Shown here: positions 1-9,044 of the stretch, piece by piece
Layout: each line of letters starts with the position of its first letter
How positions within the stretch are numbered: position 1 is the first letter of the stretch
Source: Terracidiphilus sp.
GTDB lineage: Bacteria; Acidobacteriota; Terriglobia; Terriglobales; Acidobacteriaceae
DNA length: 64,000 bases
Reading direction: 5' to 3'
Assembly: GCA_049522175.1 (NCBI GenBank)
Contig: JBEKOC010000001.1
Span: 137,752-201,751, forward strand
Notes under the pieces: generated by a model
Database searches by the model: none
Seen by the model: only the letters and a program-made list of their open reading frames with translations
Told to the model about the DNA's origin: nothing
Position numbers and translations under genes: made by a program

Positions 1-639
1 CTTGATCTCCGCGTGGCCGAACTCGATGGCCGCCAAGATCGTCTCTTCCGACTCTTCCTTGGCGCCCGACTCGATCATCACGATGCCGTCCTTGTGGCCC
101 ACGACCATGATGTTGACCGTGGTGGCGGCGCGCTCGGCATAGGTGGGGTTGATGACAAACTCGCCCTCCACGCGGCCCACGCGCACCGCGCCCACCGTGG
201 CGCTGAAGGGAATGTCACTGAGCGCCAGCGCGCAGGCGGCGGCGTTGATGCCGATCACGTCCGGGTCGTTCTCCTTGTCGGCGCTGAAAACCAGCGCAAT
301 CAGCTGCGTCTCATTGCGGAAGCCCTCGGGGAAGAGCGGCCGCAGGGGGCGGTCGATCTGGCGGCAGGTCAGCACCTCTTTTTCGCTGGGCCGGCCTTCG
401 CGCTTGATAAATCCGCCGGGAATGCGTCCGCCGGCGTACGTGTACTCGCGGTAATCCACGGTGAGGGGGAAAAAGTCGATGCCTTCCCTGGGTTCGGGAG
501 AGGCCACGGCGGTGGCCAGAACGACGGTTTCGCCCGTGCTCACCAGTGCGGCGCCAGAGGCCTGCTTGGCCATGCGCCCCGTCTCAAAAACCAGCCGCTT
601 GCCACCTGCAAGCTCGACTGCTACTTCATGCTTAGACAT
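1..639 (-). CDS. pnp: Polyribonucleotide nucleotidyltransferase (PNPase), 5' part; runs off window
   Basis: Manual translation from ATG at 639: MSKHEVAVELAGGKRLVFETGRMAKQASGA...DFFPLTVDYREYTYAGGRIPGGFIKREGRPSEKEVLTCRQIDRPLRPLFP. This is the RNase PH domain 1 signature. It lies downstream of rpsO. Confidence 0.97.
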   Translation of the reverse strand, partial: MSKHEVAVELAGGKRLVFETGRMAKQASGAALVSTGETVVLATAVASPEPREGIDFFPLTVDYREYTYAGGRIPGGFIKREGRPSEKEVLTCRQIDRPLRPLFPEGFRNETQLIALVFSADKENDPDVIGINAAACALALSDIPFSATVGAVRVGRVEGEFVINPTYAERAATTVNIMVVGHKDGIVMIESGAKEESEETILAAIEFGHAEIK

Positions 640-871
640 AGTGTCCTCTTTTCGTTGTTTTCGCTTGGGAAACTTGTGGGTGGAAGGCGCCGAAAGGTGA
701 GTTGGCGAGAAACAGGGGCGCGCGCAGCCCATAGCTGTGCGTCGTCCCTGGCTGCGGGTCGCTTTCGCCAGGTACACCATGGCCCCAAGTCCTGTTCATT
801 ACGGGGGCCGTGACCAATCTTCGGTCTGGGCGCTTCCGGGTCAATGTTGGCTTTCTGGGCCGGCTCTCTGG

Positions 872-1138
872 CTACTTGCGGATACCGAGTTTGCCGATAA
901 CGTCGCGGTAGCGATCGGTATCGTGCGTCTTCAGGTAGTCCAGAAGGCGGCGGCGCTTGCTGACCAACTGCAAAAGACCGCGCCGGGAAGCGTGGTCCTT
1001 ACTGTGCGTCTTGAAGTGTTCGGTCAGTTCGCTGATACGCGCACTCAGTATCGCGATCTGGACCTCCGGCGAGCCGGTGTCCTTATCGTGGGTGCGGAAG
1101 CTTTCAATCAGGGTTGTTTTCTTGGCGGTCGCCAGCAC
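872..1138 (-). CDS. rpsO: 30S ribosomal protein S15
   Basis: GTG start at 1138 after AGAGGAG RBS; [16 protein letters not shown]...[23 protein letters not shown] motif; canonical rpsO-pnp order. Confidence 0.97.
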   Translation of the reverse strand: MLATAKKTTLIESFRTHDKDTGSPEVQIAILSARISELTEHFKTHSKDHASRRGLLQLVSKRRRLLDYLKTHDTDRYRDVIGKLGIRK

Positions 1139-1345
1139 GGCGTTTGTTACTCCTCTTGTCTTCTCTGTCCACTCTTCAGTGTCTATTGAGAGATTACCAC
1201 GAAAACACCCCGCAGCGCCATTATCGTCCACCGAATCCGGCCGGAACCAGACTGGAAACCCCTTGCGGTCAGCGCATCCCAAAACGGACTTGCCGGTTGT
1301 TGAACTCCCCAGGATACCCGTCGCAACAATCACCTGCGCTGCCAA

Positions 1346-2377
1346 CTACTGCTCCGCCTCCCTCCAATAGTTGGCCCGCGCCACGATGCGTGCGCCGTAG
1401 TCCTCGGCCAGCCGCACCCGGATGGTGTGCAGGCCCGGCGTCGGATCGGAGGGGCTGAAGGTGATGAGGTACCGGTTGCGTGCGTGCTGGGCAGACTCCA
1501 CCACCCTGCTCTCAAAAGCCTTGTCGCCGGTGAAGACGTGGTACTCGCCGCCGCTCATGTGGGCTATCTCTTTGGTCACGTTCTTCTTGAAAGCCTGCAC
1601 CAGCATGAACAGCGACGAGATCATACTCATGGTCCGGTCCTCGCCTGAGTCCTTGATGTCGTGGCCGAGTTCGGCGCGCGCCGGCGTGAACGAGACGCTC
1701 AGCACCAGCACGTCGGATTGGCCGATCTTCTGAATCAGTTGCGCGGGCTTGGTGTGTTTGCTGCCGTGGTCGCGCTCCTCAGAAATCAGCAGGAGCACCC
1801 GGCGATACTCTTTAGGCTGGGTTTGCAGCAGATCGACGGCATAGCTGGCAGTATCGAGAATCGCGTCTCCGCCGTCGCCCGGTCTCAGATGTTTGAGGGC
1901 ATCATTCACTACATCGCTGGAGTGGGTGAAGTCGCGGATGAGATGAGGCTTCGAGTCGAAGCCCACCAGCGCCGCCTGGCCCTTGCCATCGGAAAGAAAG
2001 AGATCGAGCAACGGGCCCAGCTTGGCCAGCTTGTTGAATTCGAGCACACCGACGCCGCCCTGCTCGACCGCCACCACCAGCGCTACCGGCGCCGTGTCCA
2101 TCTCCTCCTGCACGCGAATCTTCTGCGGCACGCCGTTATCTTCCAGCACAAAATCCTGCGGCTTGAGGCCGTAAACCACGCCCCCGCCGGGCTTTTCCAC
2201 CAGCGTGGGCACCAGCACCTCATTGGCCGTCACGCGCAGGGTGGGAATCTCGACGTGAGCTTTGGGCAGCGGAAGAGGAGGTTCAGACGGCGGCATCTGC
2301 TGCGCGCCAGCGGTTGCGCCAGCCGCAAGACCTAGAGGAATCGCCAGGCAAACCAGGCGTAATAAGCCAAATCTCAT
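1346..2377 (-). CDS. Secreted VWA-domain protein (Acidobacteria VWFA-related type)
   Basis: Signal peptide; VLVPTLV...GLKPQDFVLEDNGVPQKI N-domain; VWA core (ALVGFD, GDGGDAILD, RRVLLLISE, SGGEY); C-terminal YLITFSP...HTIRVRL. Confidence 0.8.
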   Translation of the reverse strand: MRFGLLRLVCLAIPLGLAAGATAGAQQMPPSEPPLPLPKAHVEIPTLRVTANEVLVPTLVEKPGGGVVYGLKPQDFVLEDNGVPQKIRVQEEMDTAPVALVVAVEQGGVGVLEFNKLAKLGPLLDLFLSDGKGQAALVGFDSKPHLIRDFTHSSDVVNDALKHLRPGDGGDAILDTASYAVDLLQTQPKEYRRVLLLISEERDHGSKHTKPAQLIQKIGQSDVLVLSVSFTPARAELGHDIKDSGEDRTMSMISSLFMLVQAFKKNVTKEIAHMSGGEYHVFTGDKAFESRVVESAQHARNRYLITFSPSDPTPGLHTIRVRLAEDYGARIVARANYWREAEQ

Positions 2378-2446
2378 ACCGTGGACAGTTTACAGTGAAC
2401 GGCGATCAGCATACAGTCGCCGCTGATTGTTGTTTACTATAAGTTG

Positions 2447-2671
2447 TTAGCTGCTTTTCCGCACTTCGCGATCCATGTGGTCGATCCAGCATAGATAGCT
2501 CACAAGCTCCCAGCGGAAGGCCCAGAAAAAGCTCATCACATCCTTGCTCGTCAGCGTTTCGGCTCGCTTGCCCGAGTAGGTCTCGATCCGCCAGCGCAGA
2601 TACTCGCTCCGCCACGGCGCCACCCGGTGGCCGCGTGTTGCATTCCAAAGGAAACGGAGCGAAGCAAGCAT
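2447..2671 (-). CDS. Small Trp-rich hypothetical protein (74 aa)
   Basis: ATG at 2671 preceded by AAGGAG; MLASLRFLWNATRGHRVAPWRSEYLRWRIETYSG... Confidence 0.6.
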   Translation of the reverse strand: MLASLRFLWNATRGHRVAPWRSEYLRWRIETYSGKRAETLTSKDVMSFFWAFRWELVSYLCWIDHMDREVRKSS

Positions 2672-2841
2672 GGAAAGCTCCTTCGCATTGAGTATAGATG
2701 GTGAGGCGAGGACGCGTATGAATTGCAATAGGTCGCGCTCTAGCGCCGCCCGCCTGGATGGCCAGTTCCCGCGGGAGGCTAAAAATTCGGCCAAAGAAGT
2801 CAGTGCGAGCGAAAAGCGAGTGTCTGCCCCACCGCAGGTGG

Positions 2842-3756
2842 TTACACCGGCAACTTGCTGAACAAATCATTCGAGGTCGAATTCAGTTGCGCGATCACAT
2901 CTTCCAGCGCTGTCTGCTGCGTCTCGGCCAGTGAAAGCTGTGTGGAGATGGTCGGAATGTCGGCCTGCATCAGGTCGGTCTGCGTGGTAGTCAGTTGGGA
3001 CTGTACGCTGCTCACGGCGTCGGAGGCGGCGGTGACCTGGGTCATGGAGTCGTCGATGGTCACGCGCTGCTGCGAAACATAGTTCAGCGCCGTGCCCAAC
3101 GCTTCCGTATCGCTCACTGCCTGGCCGGCATCAACCGTGCCGCTGGAGTAATCGGCAATCAGGCTGTTGAGGGCCGCAAAGACGCTGTTCGACCCTGTGC
3201 CTAAAAAGATCTGGTTGCCGGGCACATTCAGCTGAATCTTCTGCCCATTGGGCGTATGCAGATAGTTGACGTTCTCATCCCCGTTGTAGGCGGTTGTGGC
3301 CGGTAATGTGGACGTCGAAGTGGCAAAGGGCGCCGTAGAAGTCTGCCCGCCGGCAAAGATGTATTGGCCCTGATAACTGGTGTTGGCCAGCGAAGTCACT
3401 TCGTTCAAAATGCCGGAGATCTGATTCGCAATGGACTTGACGTCGCTCGGGTTCATGGTGCCGTTATTGGCGCTGGTAGCCAGCGAAATGGCCTGCGTAA
3501 GCTGGGAAACTACGCTGCCCAACGCCGAATCGGCCACCTGCAACTGGCCCGTAACCAGGTTCGCGCTTTGCGTGAAGGAGTCGTCCTGTTGAATCTGGTT
3601 GAGCAGCAGAACATTTTCCCCCGAGGCTACCGGATCCTGGCTCAGAGAGGTCACGCGCACCCCGCTCGACAGCTCGGACGACAACTGTTGCTCGTTCGCC
3701 TGAGCCTGATCCAGCGAGCCCACCAGGTTCGTAATGTAAAAGGGATCCACCCGCAT
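2842..3756 (-). CDS. flgL: Flagellar hook-associated protein 3
   Basis: Flagellin-like N-terminus (QLSSELSSGVRVTSLSQDPV; LANTSYQGQYIFAG); follows flgK. Confidence 0.93.
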   Translation of the reverse strand: MRVDPFYITNLVGSLDQAQANEQQLSSELSSGVRVTSLSQDPVASGENVLLLNQIQQDDSFTQSANLVTGQLQVADSALGSVVSQLTQAISLATSANNGTMNPSDVKSIANQISGILNEVTSLANTSYQGQYIFAGGQTSTAPFATSTSTLPATTAYNGDENVNYLHTPNGQKIQLNVPGNQIFLGTGSNSVFAALNSLIADYSSGTVDAGQAVSDTEALGTALNYVSQQRVTIDDSMTQVTAASDAVSSVQSQLTTTQTDLMQADIPTISTQLSLAETQQTALEDVIAQLNSTSNDLFSKLPV

Positions 3757-3926
3757 CGCATTCCTCCAAAACAGGGACCAGGAAACAGGGACTAGGGACT
3801 AGGTCGCGGTAGCATCTTTCCGCACAAGCTCAATGTACTGCTATGAACCGCTGGTGACTTATTGTCTGGACTCGCCGCCGATTGCCGCAATGCTCTCATC
3901 CAGTCCCTAGTCCCTAGTCCCTGCCT

Positions 3927-5348
3927 TTAAGACACCGTCGTCTGATTCCCCAGGTTCAGCGCCGCGGCCATCACCGTGTTCAACATCGCAAATACCTGCG
4001 AGGCCGCCTGATAGCTGCGCTCCAGCGTGGTCATCGACGAGGCCTCGTCGTTCAGATTCACGCCGCTGAGCGCATCGTTCTGCGTTTGCAACTGGGTCAC
4101 CGAAGCATTCTGCGCCGTATTCTCCGTCTGCACGTTGGAAACCGTCGAGCCCAGCCTGGCCACAAAACTCGAGTAGTAGTTGGTCGGCGTCTGGCCGTTC
4201 ACAATCGTTTGATTGGCCATGGCAGCCATAGCCGTGGCATTCGAGTTGTCGCCCGTTCCATCTCCCGCGCCGGCGGCGGCGATCTGGTTCGGATCGGTCA
4301 TCACTACGCTCATGCTGGCCGCGCTGCCTGCCACCGCGGTTGGTTGGCTGAAAATGTAGAGTGGATGAGCCGTTGTGCCGGTATTTCCATCAAGGTCTGT
4401 CCCCGCGTTGTTCTGCTGGTTGACCTCTGTGGAGATGCTGTAGGCCAGTTGATCGAGCGCGTTGAGCGCGCTGGGAATGTCCTGATCGCGCGCCATCAGA
4501 TAGCCGCCCAGCGACCCGCCGCCCGTAACCAGTTGCGAGGTAATATCCTGGTTGCCCAAAAAGAAGTCGGTGACCCCGTTCACCATGCCGGTGGTCAACT
4601 GGTAGCTCGTCCCTCCGGAAAGCAACAACTGGCCGGAGGTGGTGGTAATCGCCAGGCCGTTGTTCTCGGTCGTGATCTGGTTGATCCCTATCAACTTTGA
4701 AAGCTGGCTCAGATCCTCCTGGCGCTGGTCTTCGAGCGTTCCCGCGTCGGCGTTGGGCGAGGTGGTTTGAATCTGCTGGTTGAGCTGCGCAATTGCCGAG
4801 GTCAGCGAGTTCACCTGGCTGGTCACCCCGGCTGCCTCCTGGTCCAGAGCCGAACGCTGTGAGTTCAGGCTGGCTGCGGCGTTGGACACGTCCCCGGCCA
4901 GCATGCCTGCCGTGGAGAGCACGCTCTGGCGCAGCGCGTTGTCGGTGGGATTGGCCTCCAGCGACGACAACGAATTGAAAAAACCGGTAATGTCGCTGCC
5001 GATGTCTCCGGCGGTTGAACTGGACGAACCCGAGTCCGGCGTGAACAGCGCCTGCAGCGTATTCAGCGCCGTCAGTCGCGATCCGGAGGCCGAAGCCAGT
5101 TGCTGTTGCTGGTCCAGCCGCGACTCCAGCACGCGGTCCCGCTCGGAGGTCGCGCCCGTCTCCGTCACTCCCTGCCCGATAGAAACTCCATCGATGTTGA
5201 GCGGCTGATTCTCCTGCCAGTTGGGCGTTTCCTCTGTGTAACCGGGAGTATTGGCATTGGCCACGTTGTTGGCCACTACATTCAGCCCTTGCTGATCGGC
5301 GTCCAGAGCCTGCGTCATGATACTGAATGCGGAGTTAATTGTTCCCAT
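3927..5348 (-). CDS. flgK: Flagellar hook-associated protein 1
   Basis: LNVVANNVANANTPGYT N-terminal motif; C-terminal SGVNLNDEASSMTTLERSYQAASQV. Confidence 0.95.
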   Translation of the reverse strand: MGTINSAFSIMTQALDADQQGLNVVANNVANANTPGYTEETPNWQENQPLNIDGVSIGQGVTETGATSERDRVLESRLDQQQQLASASGSRLTALNTLQALFTPDSGSSSSTAGDIGSDITGFFNSLSSLEANPTDNALRQSVLSTAGMLAGDVSNAAASLNSQRSALDQEAAGVTSQVNSLTSAIAQLNQQIQTTSPNADAGTLEDQRQEDLSQLSKLIGINQITTENNGLAITTTSGQLLLSGGTSYQLTTGMVNGVTDFFLGNQDITSQLVTGGGSLGGYLMARDQDIPSALNALDQLAYSISTEVNQQNNAGTDLDGNTGTTAHPLYIFSQPTAVAGSAASMSVVMTDPNQIAAAGAGDGTGDNSNATAMAAMANQTIVNGQTPTNYYSSFVARLGSTVSNVQTENTAQNASVTQLQTQNDALSGVNLNDEASSMTTLERSYQAASQVFAMLNTVMAAALNLGNQTTVS

Positions 5349-5745
5349 GCCCGCTCTCCGTTCGTGCCCACCCGGATGACGGCGGTTCGCGATACTCCAG
5401 CCTCCCCGCGCGCAACTCCCGCAGCCGGTTCATCACATTCAGGTTGGCCCGCGTCGCCTCCAGAACCCTGGCGAAGATCGCCATATCTCCTTCAGCCTCT
5501 TTGCACTCCAGGGCCAGCGATACGCGGTCGGCCGCATTCCCATGCTCCCAATCGCTCTGCATTAGGTCGCGGTTCAGGGCCTGGCAAGAGAGCGCCAACT
5601 CCTCCAGCCGGTCCGCATCCAGCCGCGCCAGCGCCCGCGAAGCTTCAACCACCAGCTCCTTCAGCTTCGGACGCACGCGGCGCTCTCCCATCTCCTGCAA
5701 CGCAATCGCTCCTTGCGCCCCGGCCGGAGCGCTTCCTTTGCCCAT
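5335..5745 (-). CDS. Helical hypothetical protein in the FlgN position (possible export chaperone)
   Basis: Lies between flgM and flgK and overlaps the flgK start; helical, Leu/Ala/Glu-rich, about 136 aa. Confidence 0.55.
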   Translation of the reverse strand: MGKGSAPAGAQGAIALQEMGERRVRPKLKELVVEASRALARLDADRLEELALSCQALNRDLMQSDWEHGNAADRVSLALECKEAEGDMAIFARVLEATRANLNVMNRLRELRAGRLEYREPPSSGWARTESGHGNN

Positions 5746-5755
5746 CCGGCTTCGC

Positions 5756-6046
5756 TTAATTGCCCAGCATCGAATCCACAACCTTCGCGGCTACCGCTCC
5801 TGCGGAGACGTTGTATGTTTTCGCCTCCAGCGCCGCCTGAATGCTGGCCACCTTGTCCATGCGCACGCCCTCAGCGCCGGCCGTCTGCGAAACTTCGCTC
5901 CCCGCGCTGCTGAATATCGCCTGATCGCTGCTCAACGCGCTTCCGCCCGCCGTCGCGCCGCTCTTCGTCTGGGTCGTTGTGGCAGGTGCGGGTGCGGGCG
6001 TTCCCAGAAGCGACTTCAATCCTTCAAGACTGCTGCGAATGTCCAT
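5756..6046 (-). CDS. flgM: Anti-sigma28 factor FlgM
   Basis: 96 aa; C-terminal VRMDKVASIQAALEAKTYNVSAGAVAAKVVDSM; upstream sigma28 promoter. Confidence 0.9.
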   Translation of the reverse strand: MDIRSSLEGLKSLLGTPAPAPATTTQTKSGATAGGSALSSDQAIFSSAGSEVSQTAGAEGVRMDKVASIQAALEAKTYNVSAGAVAAKVVDSMLGN

Positions 6047-6069
6047 AAACTACTTGCTCCTTGCCGAAT

Positions 6070-6096
6070 TCATCGGCGTCCCTACTAATCACTTTA
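6070..6096 (-). promoter_or_regulatory. sigma28 (FliA) promoter of flgM
   Basis: TAAA-N15-GCCGATGA on the minus strand, 24 nt upstream of the flgM ATG. Confidence 0.85.
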
Positions 6097-6097
6097 G

Positions 6098-6508
6098 TCA
6101 TTCATGGGTTTTCATCACGGTATTGCCGTGTAAATTCCCGGTTACCTGGGCGGTTACCTGCCTGTTACTTGCAGTCGTAAGCTGCCGCACGATGCTGTCG
6201 GCAATCCCGAATCCTCCCTGCTCGCTCAACCCGCGTCCCAACGCCTCCGACGCGAACGCTCCCAGCGCCCCGCCCGAGCCAGAGGCCGTGCCGTTATCCT
6301 CCCCATCCAGACTGCTCCCGCTGGTCAACGGCTTCAATAACTCCTGCATCATCTGCGCCTCAAACTCGTGCGCCGCTTTCACTAGCCGGGGCTGCGGCGT
6401 GGCCGCTGGTGTGCCTGTCCCCGTTGCCCCCGTTGCCCCTGCTACCCCCGTTGCCCCCGTTGCCCCCGTTGCCCCCAAACCCGCCGATGTCGCTGCCGTC
6501 GAAAGCAT
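6098..6508 (-). CDS. flgJ: Short FlgJ (rod-binding domain only)
   Basis: LVKAAHEFEAQMMQELLKPL...LSEQGGFGIADSIVRQL rod-binding motif; follows flgI; no muramidase domain. Confidence 0.8.
   Translation of the reverse strand: MLSTAATSAGLGATGATGATGVAGATGATGTGTPAATPQPRLVKAAHEFEAQMMQELLKPLTSGSSLDGEDNGTASGSGGALGAFASEALGRGLSEQGGFGIADSIVRQLTTASNRQVTAQVTGNLHGNTVMKTHE
6419..6476. repeat. 9-bp tandem repeat (CCCGTTGCC) encoding Gly-Ala-Thr repeats in FlgJ
   Basis: About 6 units, one degenerate; translates as GATGATGVAGATGATG. Confidence 0.85.
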
Positions 6509-7689
6509 CAGAGCACCTCCAGGTCGGCCTCCAAAGCGCCGGCCTCCTTCATGGCTTGCAGGATCGAGATCACATCCCGCGCGCCTGCCCCTGTCCGTTG
6601 CAATTCCTGAACCAAATCCTCCACCGTCGCGCCTTCTTTCAGCTCAATGCGGTTTACCGGCTTGTCGGTGGCCTGCACGCTCGTCTGCTGAACCACTTGC
6701 GTCGTTCCTCCCGAAAAGGCGTTGGGCTGCGAAACCTGGTTGATGGAGATTACGTTGACGCTCAATCCTCCATGCAGAATCGAAACCGGCTGCAAGCGCA
6801 CCGTGCCCCCAATCACCACCGTTCCGGTGCGCTCATTGACCACCACCCGCGCCCGCGGATAAACCTCCACCTCGATGCCCTCCACCTTGTCCAGCAGCGA
6901 TGCCAGCTCCTCGTCAGGAATTAGCGAAACCTCCACCCGGCGGCTGTCGATCACGCGCGCCCGCTTGGCGCCCAGCGTCTTGTCAATCGCTGCCGCCATC
7001 CGCTCGGCGGTATGGAAATCCGCATCATTCAGCTCCACGCTGACCACGTGCATCTGTTTCAGCTCAAATGGCACTGCCCGCTCCACCAGCGCCCCGCCGG
7101 GAATCCGCCCCGTGGTTGGATGGTTCGACAATTTGGTATTGCCTCCGCCAGTAGCCATGTACCCACCCAGCACCAGCGACCCCTGAGCCTGGGCGTAGAT
7201 CTGCCCGTCCGGACCGTAAAGCGGGGTCATCAGAAGAATGCCCCCCTCCAGCGAGCGCGCATCCCCGGCCGAGGAAACCGTGATATCCACCTTGTAGCCG
7301 GGACGGCTGAAGGGCGGCATCGTGGCTACCACAAAGACTGCCGCCATGTTCTTTACCTGCATATTGGCGGCGCTGTTGGCCCCGGTTTGGGGAACCGTGA
7401 TGCCCATCCGTTCCAGCGCCGAAATCAGCGTCTGCGCCGGAAAAACAGTCTGCGAGCTGTCCCCGGTGCCCCTGAGCCCCACCACCAGCCCATAACCCAC
7501 CAACTGGTTGTCCCGAATTCCTTCGATGGTCGCGACGTCCTTGATCCGCGCCTGGTGCCCCGCTGCCTCGGAGTGGGCGGGGGTTCCGAACAGCAGCGAA
7601 GCCAGCAGTAGCGCCGCAGCCAGCGCTACCCACCACCAGAAGCTTGCGCCCCTGTCGCCTTCCACCGTTCTCCTGCTCGCCACGCGCAT
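6508..7689 (-). CDS. flgI: Flagellar P-ring protein
   Basis: RIKDVATIEGIRDNQLVGYGLVVGLRGTGD; ILQAMKEAGALEADL C-terminus. Confidence 0.96.
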   Translation of the reverse strand: MRVASRRTVEGDRGASFWWWVALAAALLLASLLFGTPAHSEAAGHQARIKDVATIEGIRDNQLVGYGLVVGLRGTGDSSQTVFPAQTLISALERMGITVPQTGANSAANMQVKNMAAVFVVATMPPFSRPGYKVDITVSSAGDARSLEGGILLMTPLYGPDGQIYAQAQGSLVLGGYMATGGGNTKLSNHPTTGRIPGGALVERAVPFELKQMHVVSVELNDADFHTAERMAAAIDKTLGAKRARVIDSRRVEVSLIPDEELASLLDKVEGIEVEVYPRARVVVNERTGTVVIGGTVRLQPVSILHGGLSVNVISINQVSQPNAFSGGTTQVVQQTSVQATDKPVNRIELKEGATVEDLVQELQRTGAGARDVISILQAMKEAGALEADLEVL

Positions 7690-7695
7690 TGAATT

Positions 7696-7747
7696 CCCTA
7701 TTCCCTATTCCCTAGTCCCTATTCCCTAGTCCCTATTCCCTAGTCCC
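7696..7747 (-). repeat. Heptamer tandem array, 8 x (T/C)AGGGA(A/C), filling the flgH-flgI spacer
   Basis: CCC triplets on the + strand every 7 bp from 7696 to 7745. Confidence 0.95.
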
Positions 7748-7753
7748 TGTTTT

Positions 7754-8491
7754 TTAGAACACCAGCAGCCTCTGCAGTAAGCGCACCACCACATTCTGCC
7801 GGTAGGTGGAGTCGTTCACGATGCCCTTGCCGGTCACTTCCAGCTCCAGATCGGTCATGGCCGTTGATTGCACCTGGTTCTGCGCGCTCACATCCTCCGG
7901 GCGCACCAGGCCGCGCAGCTTGATTAATTGCGTCTGCTGCGAGAAGGTCAACTGGCGCGTGGCCTGCACCACCAGCATCCCGTTGGGCAGAACGTCCACC
8001 ACCTCGGCGCCGAAGATCGTCGACAGGCTGGAGTTGGTCGTGCTCTGCCCCTGCGCCGCGAGCGCCGATGCCGCATTCATGCCCAGCAGGTTCTGCATAT
8101 TGTTCGAAGACTTGAGCTTGCCGAACAGCGAGGTAATACCTGAGCTGGCGCTCGAAGCGCGGGCGTTCTTCACCTGTCCGTCGGTCGTGGCCGCCAGGCT
8201 TTCAGTCACCACAATCGAGACCACGTCGTGCAGCCGGACCGCCTTGGCGTCGGTGCCCAGCCGCACCAGCCTTCCCTCTGAGTTCCAGATCGAGCCGGGC
8301 GTAAGCACCTCCGCCGCCTGCTGCGCCCGCACCCGTTCGATATAGTTTTTGAGCGCCGCCTCGGGCGGGGTTTCCTTACCCGCGATCCCCGGCGTCGATT
8401 TCTTCTTGAAACTGATCGCCTGAGCCGGCAGAGCCGCAAACAGCGCCACCAGCGCGATGACTACCCCGGCCCTCAGCGGTTTCAGTCTCAT
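7754..8491 (-). CDS. flgH: Flagellar L-ring protein
   Basis: AKAVRLHDVVSIVV; AEVVDVLPNGMLVVQ; LRGLVRPEDVSAQNQVQS; adjacent to flgI. Confidence 0.92.
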   Translation of the reverse strand: MRLKPLRAGVVIALVALFAALPAQAISFKKKSTPGIAGKETPPEAALKNYIERVRAQQAAEVLTPGSIWNSEGRLVRLGTDAKAVRLHDVVSIVVTESLAATTDGQVKNARASSASSGITSLFGKLKSSNNMQNLLGMNAASALAAQGQSTTNSSLSTIFGAEVVDVLPNGMLVVQATRQLTFSQQTQLIKLRGLVRPEDVSAQNQVQSTAMTDLELEVTGKGIVNDSTYRQNVVVRLLQRLLVF

Positions 8492-8979
8492 GGCCGCACC
8501 TCCGCCTCCGGATGTAAGGTCGCGCGGCCCGGCCCCAGGGCTACCGCCCGCACCACACGTCCGCCAATCCTCAAACGCACATCAAACATCGCTCCGGGGG
8601 CTGCCGGGTTTAGCGCGCGCGCCTCCAGAACCGCATCGACGCGCGCCGTGTGCTCCTCGACGATCAGCCGGTCCCCTGTACGGATGACGGGGAGAAACTC
8701 TGCTTCTCCTGCCGACAGTCGCGCCGCCGGCAAAGCGGCGCCGTCCGATGCATTGCGATGAGCCGCAGCCAGCACCAGCCGCCCCGGCCCACCGGGAATC
8801 TGGTCATTGCGTACCAGCAACCAATAGTCCCCGGTGTTCGGATCGTCGATCTCGCGAACAATCCACTTTTGAGCCATGGTTCCAGCCGAAGCCGGCGCCA
8901 CAGGCGGTTGAGCACATGCCACACAGGCCGCGATAAGAATCAGCCCTGTACTCCACGCCGTTCTCAGCCCCATCCTCAC
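8488..8979 (-). CDS. flgA: FlgA-like P-ring formation chaperone (C-terminal domain)
   Basis: Signal peptide; ARALNPAAPGAMFDVRLRIGGRVVRAVALGPG; lies between flgG and flgH. Confidence 0.65.
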   Translation of the reverse strand: MRMGLRTAWSTGLILIAACVACAQPPVAPASAGTMAQKWIVREIDDPNTGDYWLLVRNDQIPGGPGRLVLAAAHRNASDGAALPAARLSAGEAEFLPVIRTGDRLIVEEHTARVDAVLEARALNPAAPGAMFDVRLRIGGRVVRAVALGPGRATLHPEAEVRP

Positions 8980-9044
8980 TCAGTCCTCCCTGCCAAGAAA
9001 CCAATCCCTGTTCCCTAGTTTCTAGTCCCTGGTCCCTACCCGCT

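Noticed and set aside
13-813. Long + strand ORF opposite pnp (likewise 19519-20793, 35015-35962, 36371-37501, 43594-44847, 49831-50862, 51736-53211, 52964-54151)
   Set aside because: These are antisense shadows of well-recognised genes in high-GC DNA and have no family motifs
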